NCBI GenBank assembly: GCA_030390025.1
Contig: JASTWF010000329.1
Span: 186,001-250,000, forward strand
From: Squalus acanthias
Taxonomy: Eukaryota
Direction of reading: 5' to 3'
Length of the DNA stretch: 64,000 nucleotides
Shown here: positions 1-12,734 of the stretch, in pieces
How positions within the stretch are numbered: the stretch's first letter is position 1
Layout of the letters: every line of letters starts with the position of its first letter
The notes under the pieces: generated by a model
What the model was told of the DNA's origin: nothing
Seen by the model: the letters and a program-made list of their open reading frames with translations, nothing else
Databases searched by the model: none
Program-made: the position numbers and the translations under genes

Positions 1-161
1 TTGCGGGCCCAGGGGCTGAGTGGCCGGGTCCTGCTCCTACTTCTTCTGTTCTTTAGATTTGAGGTGAGGATCAGATCAGCCATGATCTTATTGAATGGCG
101 GAGCAGGCTCGAAGGGCCGATTGGCCTACTCCTGCTCCTATTTCTTATGTTCTTATGTTCT
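1..161 (+). mobile_element. 3' tail of a CR1-family LINE (or a SINE sharing its tail)
   Basis: gatcagccatgatcttattgaatggcggagcaggctcgaagggccga...ctcctgctcctat followed by (TTCTTATG)n; the same tail ends the CR1 RT fragment at 21989-22397. Confidence 0.8.
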
Positions 162-185
162 CCCGGTCACAGGTCCAGGATAACG

Positions 186-259
186 GCCGCCATTTTGATT
201 CAGTGAGTAGCAAAGCGCATGCGCGGTCATCTTGGTGAGGAACAAAGAGTGGGCGGGGC
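186..259 (+). promoter_or_regulatory. CpG-rich promoter-proximal motif cluster upstream of ZNF-A
   Basis: YY1-type GCCGCCATTTTG (186-197), NRF1 palindrome GCGCATGCGC (215-224), GC box GGGCGGGGC (251-259); similar to the YY1/GC-box block at 62252-62345. Confidence 0.55.
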
Positions 260-441
260 TTCAGTGTCTATTCCCAACCGGGTCCTAGTGCCCGGGAGAG
301 TAAATCAGTGACTCAGTTATTTGATTCAGACTCTCCACACTTCTGATTTCTCACCATCTCTCCTGAAGGCGCTGGTAAAAGCAGAGCAGATGGTTAACAT
401 CCCACACAATTGTAACAGAAGAGCCCCAGAGCTGGGCCCCT

Positions 442-1056
442 TGTACAGTCCCAGGATAGGAATCCCCATGTACAGTCCCAGGGTTAGAATCCCCATGTAC
501 AGTCCCAGGGTTGGAATCCCCATGTACAGTCCCAGGGATGTAATCTCCATGTACAGTCCCAGGGTTGGAATCCCCAAGTACAGTCCCAGGGTTAGAATCC
601 CCATGTACAGTCCCAGGGTTGGAATCCCCATGTACAGTCCCAGGGTTAGAATCCCCATGTACAGTCCCAGGGTTGGAATCCCCATGTACAGTCCCAGGGT
701 TGGAATCCCCATGTACAGACCCAGGGTTAGAATCCCCATGTACAGTCCCAGGGTTGGATTCCCCATGTACAGTTCCAGGGTTAGAATCCCCATGTACAGT
801 CCCAGGGTTGGAATCCCCATGTACAGTCCCAGGGTTGGAATCCCCATGTACAGTCCCAGGGTTGGAATCCCCATGTACAGTCCCAGGGTTGGAATCCCCA
901 TGTACAGTCCCAGGGTTAGAATCCCCATGTACAGTCCCAGGGTTAGAATCCCCATGTACAGTCCCAGGGTTGGAATCCCCATGTACAGTCCCAGGGTTAG
1001 AATCCCCATGTACAGTCCCAGGGTTGGAATCCCCATGTACAGTCCCAGGGTTGGAA
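442..1056. repeat. 27-bp minisatellite, about 23 units (tgtacagtcccagggttggaatcccca)
   Basis: Direct tandem periodicity; explains ORFs 321-1157, 326-1072 and 565-1164. Confidence 0.97.
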
Positions 1057-1133
1057 CCTTCAGCAACACCAAGTGCGGTTTTCAGGCCCCGAGTCGGAGC
1101 CGCCGGGCCCGGGGCAACACCGAGTGGGAACGG

Positions 1134-1257
1134 CGATATATGCCCAAGTCAGGATAGTGTGTGACTTGGAGGGGAACTGGGAGGTGATGGTGTTCCCATG
1201 CACCTGCTGCCCTTGTCCTTCTAGGTGGTGGAGGTCGCGTGTTTGGGAGGTGCTGTC
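1134..1257 (-). mobile_element. LINE fragment, same family as 6835-7370
   Basis: gtgtgacttggaggggaac...cctgctgccct...ctaggtgg...gaggtcgcg...tttgggaggtgctg matches 7035-7133. Confidence 0.7.
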
Positions 1258-1351
1258 AAAGTTCTAGTCGAGTTACAGATGTATAAAGTCGCTCTCCTTC
1301 ACCCTCCCCCTCCCACCTCACTCTCTCTCCTCCCATAGAGGCTAGAGCCTT

Positions 1352-1500
1352 GTGTAGGCCCAGACCGGGTGGCGGGTTCCCTTCCCTGAAGGACATTAGT
1401 GAACCAGTTGAGTTTTTACGTCAATCCGGCAGCTTTCATGGTCACTTTTTTCTAGTGCCGGCCCCACAAATTCCCAGATTCATTCAACTCAATTTCACAA
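1352..1500 (-). mobile_element. Probable SINE fragment
   Basis: gtaggcccagaccgggt...ccttccctgaaggacattagtgaaccag resembles an abundant chondrichthyan SINE body (from recollection; not searched). Confidence 0.45.
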
Positions 1501-1661
1501 CCTGCCTTTGTGTTTTTGTGGGTTCTCTCTCACCCTCCCTTTTTCCTGTTTTAAATTAATTTTACAGGCTGTTAGAAGGGGAGGATTTGCAGACGGGAAA
1601 CTCAAACCAAACATCACTTCAAGATCTGACAGAGTCGCTCGATTCATCATGACCTTTGAAC

Positions 1662-2453
1662 ATGGAAGCAGAAAGCACCGTTCAGAACGGGGAGAAATCG
1701 TACACGTGTTCTGTGTGTGGACGAGGCTTCAGCCGATCCTCTGGCCTGTCGAGACACAAGCGCAGTCACACCAGGGAGAGACCGTTCACCTGCACTGAGT
1801 GTGGGAAGGGATTCACTAATTCATCCAACCTGCTGCAGCACCAGCGAGTTCACACTGACGAGAGACCTTTTAAATGCCCGGACTGCGGGAAGTGCTATAA
1901 AAGTTCCAGGGAACTGACACGCCATCAAAGTGTTCACTCTGACGAGAGACCGTTCAGGTGCTCTCACTGCGGGACTGGGTTCAGGCGATCATCTCACCTC
2001 ACTGTACACCAGCGCACTCACACCGGGGAGAGACCGTTCACCTGCTCCGAGTGTGGGAAGGGATTCACTCAGTCATCCGACCTTCTGAAACACCAGCGAG
2101 TTCACACTGGGGAGAGACCGTTCACCTGCACTGAGTGTGGGATGGGATTCAGGTGTTCAACCCACCTGCTGACACACCAGCGAGTTCACACTGGGGAGAG
2201 GCCGTTCACCTGCTCTGAGTGTGGGAAGGGATTCACTCAGTCATCCAACCTGCTGACACACCAGCGAGTTCACACTGGGGAGAGGCCGTTCACCTGCTCC
2301 GAGTGCAGGAAGGGATTCACGTGTTCATCCCACCTGCTGACACACCAGCGAGTTCACACTGGGGAGATGCCGTTCACCTGCTCCGAGTGTAGGAAGGGAT
2401 TCATGTGTTCATCCCACCTGCTGAAACACCAGCGAGTTCACACTGGGGAGTGA
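1662..2453 (+). CDS. ZNF-A: tandem C2H2 zinc-finger protein, 9 fingers
   Basis: Nine CxxC-x12-HxxxH units with TGERP-type linkers; ATG at 1662; polypyrimidine tract and acceptor tttacag at 1561-1567; ends at TGA within a linker, followed by a relic 10th finger. Confidence 0.8.
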   Translation: MEAESTVQNGEKSYTCSVCGRGFSRSSGLSRHKRSHTRERPFTCTECGKGFTNSSNLLQHQRVHTDERPFKCPDCGKCYKSSRELTRHQSVHSDERPFRCSHCGTGFRRSSHLTVHQRTHTGERPFTCSECGKGFTQSSDLLKHQRVHTGERPFTCTECGMGFRCSTHLLTHQRVHTGERPFTCSECGKGFTQSSNLLTHQRVHTGERPFTCSECRKGFTCSSHLLTHQRVHTGEMPFTCSECRKGFMCSSHLLKHQRVHTGE

Positions 2454-2617
2454 CCGTTCACCTGCTCCGAGTGTGGGAAGGGCTACACTCGGTCATCCAC
2501 CCTGTTGACACATCAGGTGTCAAACTGCGATCTGTTCCTGACTGAAAGTGAAATGGCAGGGTTAAGTTTCCAGTCTAAAAATGACTGGTAATTATTCTGT
2601 GACAGTTTAATGTGTTC

Positions 2618-3120
2618 GTAGAATCATAGAATGGTTACAGCACAGAAGGTGCCCATTCGGCCCGTTGAGCCCGTGCCGGCTCTCTGCAAGAACACTTCAG
2701 CTAGTCCCACTCCCCCACCCTTCCCTCGTAGCCCTGCAAATTTTTGTCCTTCAGGTACTCATCCAATTCCCTTTTGAAAGCCACGATTGAATCTGCCTCC
2801 ACCACCCTTTCAGGCAGTGCATTCCCGATCCTAACCACTCACTGCGTAAAAAGTTTTTCCCCATGTCACCTTTGGTTCTTCTGCCAATCACCTTAAATCT
2901 GTGTCCTCTAGTTCTCGACCCTTCCACCAATGGGAACAGTTTCTCTCTATCTACTCTGTCCAGAACCCTCATGATTTTGAACACCTCTATCAAATCTCCT
3001 CTCAACCTTCTCTGCTCCAAGGAGAACAACCCCAGCTTCTCCAGTCTATCCATGGAACTGAAGTCCCTCATCCCTGGAACCATTCTCGTAAATCTTTTCA
3101 GCACCTTCTCGAATGCCTTC
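2618..3120 (-). mobile_element. CR1 LINE 3' end (ORF2 C-terminus plus 3' UTR)
   Basis: RFTRMVPG...LGLFSLEQRRLRGDLIEVFKIM; tail seen as tagaatcatagaat. Confidence 0.9.
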
Positions 3121-4503
3121 ACATAGGAGCAGGAGTCGGCCATTTGGCCATTCGAGCCTGCTCCATCATTCAATATGATCATGGCTGATCCTCCATCTCA
3201 ATACCATATTCCCGCTCTCTCCCCATACCCCTTTATGTCTAGAAATCTATCTATCTCCTTCTTAAATATATTCAGTCACTAGGCCTGCACAGCCTTCTGT
3301 GGTAGAGAATTCCACAGGTTCACCACCCTCTGAGTGAAGAAATTTCTCCTCATCTCAGTCCTAAATGTCCTACCCCGTATCCTGAGACTGTGACCCCTCG
3401 TTCTAGACCCCCAGCCAAGGGAAACATCCTCCCTGCATCCAGTCTGTCTAGCCCTGTCAGAATTTTATATGTTTCAATGAGATCCCCTCTCATTCTTCTA
3501 AACTCTAGTGAATACAGGCCTAGTCGACCCAATCTCTCCTCATACGACATCCCAGGAATCAGTCTGGTGAACCTTCGCTGCACTCCCTCTATGGCAAGTA
3601 TATCCTTTCTTAGGTAAGGAGACCAAAACTGCACACAGTACTCCAGGTGTGGTCTCACCAAGGCCCTGTATAACTGTAGTAAGACATCCTTGCTGCTGTA
3701 CTCAAATCCTCTTGCAATGAAGGCCAACATACCATTTGCCTTCCTAACTGCTTGCTGCACCTGCATGTTTGCTTTCAGTGACTGGGGTACAAGGACACCC
3801 AGGTCTCTTTGTACAGCAACATTTCCCAATCTATCACCATTTAAACAATACTCTACCTTTCTGTTTTTCCTACCGAAGTGGATAACTTCACATTTATCCA
3901 CGTTATACTGCATCTGCCATGTATTTGCCCACTCACTCAACTTGTCTAAATCGCCTTGAAGCCTCTTTGCATCCTCCTCACAACCCCACCTAGTTTTGTG
4001 TCGTCAGCAAACTTGGAAATATTACATTTGGTTACCTCATCCAAATCATTGATATGTATTGTGAATAGCTGGGGCCCAAGCCCTGACCCCACTAGTCACT
4101 GCCTGCCACTCCGATTAAGATCCATTTATTCCTACTCTCTGTTTCCTGTCTGTTAACCAATTTTCAATCCATGCCAGTATATTACCCCCAATCCCATGTG
4201 CTTTAATTTTGCACACTAACCTCTTATGTGGGACTTTATCAAAGGCCTTCTGAAAATCCAAATACACCACATCCACTGGTTCTCCCTTATCTATTCTACC
4301 AGTTACATCCTCAAAAAACTCCAGCAGGTTTGTCAAACACGATTTCCCTTTCATAAATCCATGTTGACTTTGTCTAATCCCGTTGATATTTTCTAAGTGT
4401 CCTGTTATCACATCCTTTATAATAGACTCTAGCATTTTCCCTACTACTGATGTTAGGCTAAACAGTCTGTAGTTCCCTGTTTTCTCTCTCCCTCCTTTTT
4501 TTA
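3121..4503 (-). mobile_element. 5'-truncated, degenerate CR1 LINE (RT domain to 3' UTR)
   Basis: NYRLFSLTSVVGKMLE, QHGFMKGKSCLTNLL, YLDFQKAFDKVPH, VRPHLEYCVQFWSP; several frameshifts and deletions. Confidence 0.92.
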
Positions 4504-5782
4504 AATACCTCGTCTTTATCAATTTTTATCCCATCCAGTATCTCCACTACCTCCTCCTTTACTATGTCTATGGCAGCATCCTCTTCCTTGGTGAAGACAG
4601 ATGCAAAGTACTCGTTTAGTACCTCAGCCATACCCTCTACCTCCATACGTAGGTCTCCTTTATGGTCCCTAATCTGCCCCAACCCTCCTCTTACTACCTG
4701 TTGTCTATTTAAAAGACTTTTGGATTACCTTTTATGTTGGCTGCCATTCTATTCTCATACCCTCTCTTTGCCCCTCTCAGTTTCTTTTTCACTTCTCCTC
4801 TGACCTTTCTATATATAGCCTGATTCTCAGATGTATTTGCAACCTGACATCTGTCATACGCGCTCTTTTTCTGCTTCATCATATTCTCTATCTCTTTCGT
4901 CATCCAGGGAGCCCTGACTTTAGTTGCCCTGCCTTTCCCCCAAGTGGGAATGTACCTCAACTGTACCTGAACTATTTCCTCTTTAAAGGCAGCCCGTTGT
5001 TCCATTACAGTTTTGCCTGCTAATCTTTGATTCCAGTTTACCCGGGCCAGATCCGTTCTCATCCCACTGAAATTGGCCTTCCCCCAGTTAAACATTTTTA
5101 CTCTAGATTGCTCCCTATCCTTTTCCATAGCTAATCTAAACCTTATGATACTATGATCACTGTTCCCTAAATGTTCACCTACTGACACTTGCTCCACTTG
5201 ACCCACCTCATTCCCCAGAACCAGATCCAGCAATGCCTCCTCCCTCGTTGGGCCAGAAACATACTGATCAAGAAAGTTCTCCTGAACACACTTCAGAAAT
5301 TCTTCCCCTTCTCTGCCCTTAACACTATTACTATCCCAGTCTATATTAGGATAGTTGAAGTCCCCCATTATCACTGCTCTATAGTTCTTGCACCTCTCTG
5401 TAATTTCTCTGCAAATTTGCTCCTCCATATCTTTCCCACTAGTTGGTGGTCTATGGAATACACCTAGTAGTGTAATGGCACCTCTATTATTTCTTAACTC
5501 TAGCCGTATAGATTCTGTCCTTGACCCCTCCAGGACATCCTCCCTCTCCAGCACTGTAACATTCTCCTTGACCAATACTGCCACACCACCTCCTATCTTT
5601 CCTTCCCTACCTTTCCTGAACACTTTATAACCAGGAATATTTAATACCCAATCCTGCCCTTTTTTGAGCCAGGTCTCAGTTATTGCCACAACATCATATT
5701 CCCATGTGGCTATTTGTGCCTGCAGCTCACTTACCTTGTTTACTACGCTTCGTGCGTTCACATACAGACACTGTAAACCCAT
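4504..5782 (-). mobile_element. CR1 ORF2 N-terminus (APE endonuclease plus linker)
   Basis: CLYVNARS, VAITETWL, GGGVAVLV, MGDFNYP, LDLVL, SDH motifs. Confidence 0.93.
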
Positions 5783-5927
5783 CTTAGACCATCCTGTATT
5801 CTCTCTTAGTTTGACCCCCCTAATACCTTACTATTTCTTACTGTAGTGCTCTCTGCCTCTCCCAATCCTGTGAGCACTTTATTTCCTCTTTCTAATGTTA
5901 CATCCTGGTGCCCATCCCCCTGCCAAC

Positions 5928-6833
5928 TTAGTTTAAACCCTCCCCAACAGCACTAGCAAACCTCCCCGCGAGGATATTGGTACCGGCTCTGTTGAGGTGC
6001 AACCCGTCCGGCCTGTACAGGTCCCACCTCCCCCAGAACCGGCCCCAATTCCCCAGGAATCTGAAGCCCTCCCTCCTGCACCATCTCTCCAGCCACACAT
6101 TCATCTGCTCTATCCTCCTATTTCTATACTCACTCGCGCGTGGCACCGGGAGTAATCCAGAGATTACTACCTTTGAGGTCCTGCTTTTTAATCTCTTTCC
6201 CAGCTCCCTAAAATCTGTCTGCAGGACCTCATCCCTCTTTCTACCTACATTGTTGGGACTGATATGGACAACGACCTCTGGCTGTTCACCCACCCCCTCA
6301 GAGTGTCCTGCAGCCGCTCAGTGACATCCTTAACCCTGGCACCAGGGAGGCAACATACCATCCTGGAGTCAGGTCTGCAGCTGCAGAAACGCCTGTCTGC
6401 TCCCCTAACTATTGAATCCCCTCCCACTATTGCTTTCCCTGTCTTCCTCCTCCACCCCTGTGCAGCTGAGCCACCCGTGGTGCCATGGACTTGGCTCTGG
6501 CTGTACTCCCCAGAGGAACCATCACCCTCACCAGTACTCAGCACAGAATACTGGTTGGAGAGCGAGATGCACTCCGGGGACTCCTGCACTACCTGCCTGG
6601 TCCTCCTCTTCTGTCTGGCAGTCACCCATTCCCTCTCTGCCTGCGCACTCATTAGCTGCGGGGTGACCACCTCCTGAAACGTGCTGTCCACGGAGCTCTC
6701 AGCCTCGCGGATGCACCGCAGTGACGCCAGCTGCTGCTCAAGCTCCGAAACCCGGAGCTCGAACTCCTCCAGCTGACCACACCTCCTGCACACGTGGTTG
6801 TCCAGGACACGGGAAGTGTCCTGGAGTTCCCAC
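5928..6833 (-). mobile_element. CR1 ORF1 with SGNH/GDSL esterase-like domain, frameshifted
   Basis: AIVGGDSIVR, CLPGARVKDV, VVVHI, DGLHLNRAG; N-terminal CRRC plus coiled coil; directly upstream of ORF2. Confidence 0.88.
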
Positions 6834-6834
6834 T

Positions 6835-7370
6835 ATTTTTTTTTATTCGTTCATGGGATGTGGGAGTCTCTGGCAAGGCCAGCATTTATTGCCCATCCCT
6901 AATTGCCGTTGAGAAGGTGGTGGTGAGCCGCCTTCTTGAACCGCTGCAGTCCGTGTGGTGAAGGTACTCCCACAGTGCTGTTAGGGAGGGAGTTCCAGGA
7001 TTTTGACCCAGCGACGATGAAGGATCCTTCTAAGTGTGTGACTTGGAGGGGAACTTGGAGGTGGTTGTCTTCCCATGCGCCTGCTGCCCTCGTCCTTCTA
7101 GGTGGTAGAGGTCGCGGGTTTGGGAGGTGCTGCCGAAGAAGCCTTGGCGAGTTGCTGCAGTACAGATTGTAGATGGTACACACTGCAGCCACGGTGCGCC
7201 GGTGGTGGAGGGAGTGAATGTTTAAGGTGGTGGATGGGGTGCCAATCAAGCGGGCTGCTTTGTCCTGAATGGTGTCGAGGTTCTTGAGTGTTGTTGGAGC
7301 TGCACTCATCCAGGCAAGTGGAGAGTATTCCATCACACTCCTGACTTGTGCCTTGTAGATGGTGGAAAGG
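6835..7370 (-). mobile_element. 5'-truncated LINE (CR1/L2-group ORF2 C-terminus) nested in CR1 ORF1
   Basis: IYKAQVRSVMEYSPLAW...LHHRRTVAA...WNSLP; A-rich tail seen as a T run at 6835-6844. Confidence 0.85.
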
Positions 7371-8139
7371 CACAGGATGGGCATCCGCTGGACCCAGTTG
7401 CCCTGCTGTGCTTTTAATTATTCGACTATTAACTAACTTTTTTTTAAGTAACTTAACAGAAATAACCTCAAGACTTAAAAACAATCCCTCCCCAATCTGC
7501 TCCTTCCCTTGTGCTGAGGTCACTTACCTCGCTCCCTGACACTGGCGCTCCCTCCGGGCTCTTGGGCCTGTCTTTATCTGCGGCCCCTCCTCTCGCTGTC
7601 CCACAGCTCTGCTCTCGTGCCTATTAACTTGGGTTCTGTGGCTCCACTCCTCCTTTTCAGTCAGACGTCTCCACCGCCTTCTCCCTCTCCACCAATTCCT
7701 GCGCCCACTCTGCTTGTGAATCACTGCGTTTGCGAATCTCCCGGCTCTGTCTCCAAGCTCTGTGCTCAAGCTCAGTATTTGAAACAATGATCTCGATGCA
7801 GGAAATAGTGCACGGTGTGTTAGTTCCAGGAGATTAAATCAAGGGCACCATCACAATCAGCAAAGACAATGACAAAGATCAGAACATTCCAAAGGCTGTC
7901 ACATGCAGTACCTGTGGAGGAGTTGGACTAACCGGATCCAAGAAGTGTTAAACCATGCACACAATAACTGGTTTCAAATCTGAAGCAAGAGAGTTCTTTC
8001 AAGGGTTGGTTGAAAGGAATTTCAGATGAGTATAAAGTGAGACACTGTAGTTCAGTCTATGACACCCACAAGCCATGTAGTCAAACGGAACCAGCTTGGG
8101 GTTCGATGTGGTAGAAGGTGAACTCAGTGAGAAGTGATA

Positions 8140-8325
8140 TAATCAAGAGTAAGAAAAGCCCAACAATGGAACAGTGGGTAACAGAACATCAATAAGTCTC
8201 CTCTGATCATGGAGAAATCAAATATTCAATACACTGTGTTTGAAACAAAGCTGCTTTATTCAATATTTATACAGAATATTAATCTCCAGCCCAGGTATAG
8301 GGGTTATTAAGATCAGCAAAAACAC
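8140..8325 (-). pseudogene. Relic 3' UTR and downstream flank of a further ZNF unit
   Basis: Aligns by eye to 11085-11245 (acatcaat..tctcctct.atc.tggaga.atcaaatatt..cactgtgtt..aatattaa.ctccagcccag.tatagg..ttattaa.atcagca); AATAAA on the minus strand at 8255-8260; no finger exon adjacent. Confidence 0.65.
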
Positions 8326-8368
8326 ACTCTGACTGTCTACTAGAGGCGGAAGTAGTACCATATTAGAT

Positions 8369-9220
8369 ATGAGCAGACTAAGAAAGACTACGAAAAATTC
8401 AAAAATGGGTTTAGAATGCATGTACGTAAACACACAAAGTGTGGTGAATAAGGTTGGTGAGCTACAAGCACAATTAGCCATGTGGCAATATGATGTGGCA
8501 ATAATGGAAACGTGGCTTAAAAACGGTGAGGACTGGGCACTAAATATTCAAGGGTACAAGGTGTTCAGAAAGGATAGGGAAGGAAAAAAGGGAGGTGGGG
8601 TGGCAGTGCTGATTAAGGAAGACATTGTCGTGTTGGAATGGGAGGATGTTCTTGAGGGGACAAGGACAGAATCCATTTGGTTAGATTGAGGATCAATAAG
8701 GGTCTGATCACACTATTGGGGGTATTCTATAGGCCTCCAAATAGTGAGAGGGAGGTAGAGGAGCAAATCTGCAGGGAAATCGCAGAGATATGCAAGAGCT
8801 ATAGAGAGGTGATATTGGGGGACTTTAATTACCCAAATATCGATTGGGATAATGCTAGGGTAAAGGGAAAGGAGGGAGAGGAATTTCTGAAATGTGTTCA
8901 GGAGAATTTCCTTGACCAGTATGTTCTTGGCCCAACTAGGAAGGAGGCATTGCTGGATCTGGTGCTGGGGAATGAGGTGGGCCAGGTCGACCAAGTGTCT
9001 GTGGGAGAACACTTGGGTACGAGTGATCATCGTATCATAAGATTTAGATTAGCAATGGAGAGGAGCAAGGAACAACCTAGAGTGGAACTTCTAAACTGGA
9101 ATAGGGCTAACTTCAATGGGATGCGAAAGGATCTAGCCAGGGTAAAATGGAACCAAAGACTGACAGGAAAAACTGTAACGGAACAATGGGTGATCTTTAA
9201 TGAGGAGATGCTCCAAGTAT
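8369..9220 (+). mobile_element. CR1 ORF2 APE endonuclease fragment, one frameshift
   Basis: CMYVNTQS, METWL, GGGVAVLI, LGDFNYP, SDH. Confidence 0.9.
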
Positions 9221-9409
9221 AATTTCAAAACACACATCATTATAAAATACATTTCCTGATTCAATTACTTCCAGTCCAGATAATCAATTTTAATTTCACA
9301 AACAAATTATGCCCAGACTTTGTGATTTTACAAAGAAGACAAAAGTAACAATTGTGTTTGGATGCGAGTCATTTATCCTCCCCTTCGAGCAATGTGTCTT
9401 GGAAAATAG

Positions 9410-10010
9410 GATTACACAGGATATACGGCACAGAAACACACCATTCGGCCCAACCAGTCCATGCCGGCGTTTATGTTCCACTCGAGCCCCCTCACGTCTC
9501 TCCCCATCTAACTATCAGCATAACCCTCTATTCCCTTCTCCCTCATATGCTTGTCTAGCCTCCCCTTAAATGCATCGATACTATTCGCTTCAACCACTCC
9601 CTGTGGTAGCGAGTTCCACATTCTCACCACTCTCTGGGTAAAGAAGTTTCTCCTGAATTCCCTATTTGATTTCTTGGTGACTATCTTATATCGATGGCCT
9701 CCAGTTATGCTCTTCCCCACAAGTGGAAACACTCTCTCTGTATCTACTCTATCAAAACCTTTCATCATTTTAAAGAACTCTATTAGGTCACCCCTCAGCC
9801 TTCTTTTTTCAAGAGAAAAGAGACCCAGCCTGTCCATCCTTTCCTGACAGGTACACCCTCTCATTTCTGGTATCATCCTTGTAAATCTTCTCTGCACCCT
9901 CTCCAGTGCCTCTATATCCTTTTTATAATATGGTGACCAGAATTGTACGCAGTGCTCCAAGTGTGGTCTAACCAAGGTTCAATACAAGTTTAGCATAACT
10001 TCACTACTTT
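9410..10010 (-). mobile_element. CR1 LINE 3' fragment
   Basis: VRPHLEHCVQFWSP, RRLRGDLIE, RRNFFTQRVV, WNSLP. Confidence 0.9.
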
Positions 10011-11323
10011 TCCATTCTATAACAATTCAATTCTATAACAATTGATCCCAATAATTGAACCCAATAGGTTAAAGTCTGAAGTCCAATTTTGTCAGCACGC
10101 TGCGACATTCGATGTCTGCAGATAACGAGAGATAAATACTTAAAACTGCTGGATCTCTTGCTCTGCCATCAACCTCTTATCAAACTGGAGCTGGCATTGC
10201 CTAATATGGTCGTCTCTGGCTACTGCACAGTCCAGAGACACAAGTCTGCATTTTCTTCAACACACATCAACAACGTTAGAAGCAGGTAAAAACACTGTGG
10301 CCTTCCTGGGGCAGCACAAACCACTAGTCTCCAGACTTTCCTTATCCCAACATCATATTTCTGATCGAAACATTCTATGATGAAAATATCCAAGGCCAGT
10401 TGGTTGCAAACACCAGCTGTTGCTCAGTGAAATCTCTCTCTCTCTCTAATGATACCAACCACATTTTCCCCGATATCGAATGAACTAAACATGAACACCT
10501 TTCAGAAGCTGAATTAACCGAGGTCCATATGCCAACACCCCTCTCATCTTCCATTCACTTCAATTGAAAGGAAACCGACAGATTGGACCAGTCAGGATTT
10601 GAAAGATATTTACAACAGATTCTAGATGTTCTTAGAGTTGGGATCTTTCTCTATTCTGTCCACTCGAGGAGTTAGATAACAGACTTTCTCCTGTGAATAT
10701 AGAGCTGGGGTATTGGGCCGTGATGTGTTCACTTGTTCATCTTGTTGACTCTAAACCTTTGCCAATTATTTGATGTGATCTGTTTACTTGTACGTATTGT
10801 TTTAAATACACTTGCTGAGTGGATTCAAATTGAAATTGAAAGCAGGTTTGCAGGCGTGATGCTCTATTCACACATCGAAGGTGAGAGAGATGCTGTGGGA
10901 CACACGCTAAGTCCAGTAGCTGAAAGTGATTAACAGACTGGGTTTTGTGTTTAGTGATCCCGGGCGTGTTACCGAGACCTTCCCTGGATACCAAGGCTAG
11001 GAGAGGCACTCTGGAAGGTATGGGGAGCTGGGATTTGTCCATGAGAGTAACCGAAGGTACGAGAACTGAAATAATCTCGAGTTAGAAAGGAGAAAAGGCC
11101 CAAAAATGGAGCAATCAGTAACAGGACATCAATTAATCTCCTCTTATCTTGGAGACATCAAATATTGGCACACTGTGTTATTTCAAATATCAAAATATTA
11201 AACTCCAGCCCAGTTATAGGGATTATTAACATCAGCAGAAACAAACTCCAACTGTCAGAATGAACATGATTCAGTCGGGATGTGATTAACAGCAGCAACA
11301 ACAGCAGAATCCAACCCCTGCAG

Positions 11324-12157
11324 TCACTTGTGAACTCGCTGGTGTCTCAGCAGGCTGGATGAAGTAGTGAATCCTTTCCCACACTCGGGGCAGGTGAACG
11401 GCCTCTCCCCAGTGTGAACACGTTGATGCGTTAGAAGGTGGGATGGCTGAATGAATCCCTTCCCACACTGAGAGCAGGTGAACGGTCTCTCCCCAGTGTG
11501 AACTCGCTGGTGTCTCAGCAGGTGGGATGACTGAGTGAATCCCTTCCCACAGACGGAGCAGGTGAACGGTCTCTCCCCAGTGTGGACTCGCTGGTGTTTC
11601 AGCAGGGTGGCTGAAAGTGTGAATCCCTTCCCACACTCAGAGCAGGAGAACGGTCTCTCCCCAGTGTGAACTCGCTGGTGTTTCAGCAGGCTGGATGACC
11701 GAGTGAATCCCTTCCCACACTCAGAGCAGGTGAACGGTCTCTCCCCGGTGTGCACTCGCTGGTGAGTTCGAAGGTTGGATGAACAAGTGAATTCCTTCCC
11801 ACAGACGGAGCAGGTGAACGGCCTCTCCCCAGTGTGAACTCGCTGGTGTGACAGCAGGTGGGATGACTGAGTGAATCCCTTCCCACAGACAGAGCAGGTG
11901 AACGGTCTCTCCCCGGTGTGCACTCGCTGGTGAGTTAGAAGGTTGGATGAACAAGTGAATTCCTTCCCACAGACGGAGCAGGTGAACAGTCTCTCCCCGG
12001 TGTGAACGCGCTGGTGTAACAGCAGGTTGAATGACTGAGTGAATCCCTTCCCACACTCAGAGCACGTGAACGGTCTCTCCCCGGTGTGACTGCGATGTTG
12101 AATTTCCAGCTGAGACGGGGAACTGAATCCCTTCCCACATTCCCACGGTTTCTCCGT
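11324..12157 (-). CDS. ZNF-B: tandem C2H2 protein, 9 intact fingers plus a degenerate first finger; putative ACG start
   Basis: Open frame of 278 codons (including stop) from ACG (12157-12155) to TGA; no in-frame ATG; the first finger has an in-frame 9-nt deletion. The start codon is inferred. Confidence 0.65.
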   Translation of the reverse strand, partial: TEKPWECGKGFSSPSQLEIQHRSHTGERPFTCSECGKGFTQSFNLLLHQRVHTGERLFTCSVCGKEFTCSSNLLTHQRVHTGERPFTCSVCGKGFTQSSHLLSHQRVHTGERPFTCSVCGKEFTCSSNLRTHQRVHTGERPFTCSECGKGFTRSSSLLKHQRVHTGERPFSCSECGKGFTLSATLLKHQRVHTGERPFTCSVCGKGFTQSSHLLRHQRVHTGERPFTCSQCGKGFIQPSHLLTHQRVHTGERPFTCPECGKGFTTSSSLLRHQRVHK

Positions 12158-12522
12158 GGTGCGGGTGTCCTTGTCTCTCTCCAGGTTGGACGATCAGTTG
12201 AAACCTTAGTCCACACACACAACACGTGTACGGTTTCTCCCCGCTGTGAATGGTGCGATGTTTTTTCAGACTGTGTAACTGGTTAAAGCTCTTTCCACAG
12301 TCAGTGCACTGGAACACTCTCAGTCGGGTGTGTGTGTCTCAGTGCTTTTCCAGTCACACTGGTGTTTGAAATCTTTTCTCCCAGGCAAAACAGACAAACA
12401 TTTCTCCTTCCACATTCAAAAGCCGATGATATTCAGGTCCTGATGAATTGAGTGACTCTGTCAGATCTTGACATGATGTTTGGTTTGAGTTTCCCATCTG
12501 CAAATTCTCCCCTTCTAATACC
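12158..12522 (-). pseudogene. Non-coding 5' part of the ZNF-B exon: three dead fingers
   Basis: Acceptor ttttacag ending at 12523; TGA at 12356-12354, a second TGA near 12194, and a 1-nt frameshift relative to ZNF-C. Confidence 0.65.
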
Positions 12523-12734
12523 CTGTAAAATGAGTTTACAAAACTCGTCACTGTAAATACAGGATAGAAATTCAGAACAGACAATTCTAGTTTCTATGGA
12601 ACATTATTTCCTCTCTTGTTCCCCCAAAGCTGTAAATCCCCATCCCACACATTGTCCCTCCTCCTTGTGCTAAAATCCAAACACATCGCACATCTCAAGA
12701 CAATTTGTCTTCTGCTCCCAGTTTTCTTCCCCAA

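Noticed and set aside
321..1157. YSPRVGIPM repeat ORF resembling the RNA polymerase II CTD
   Set aside because: Nonamer rather than heptad; near-identical DNA units open in several frames; it is a minisatellite translation
7890..7950. CSTCGGVG, a DnaJ-like CxxCxGxG motif
   Set aside because: Single short motif followed by a stop; likely chance
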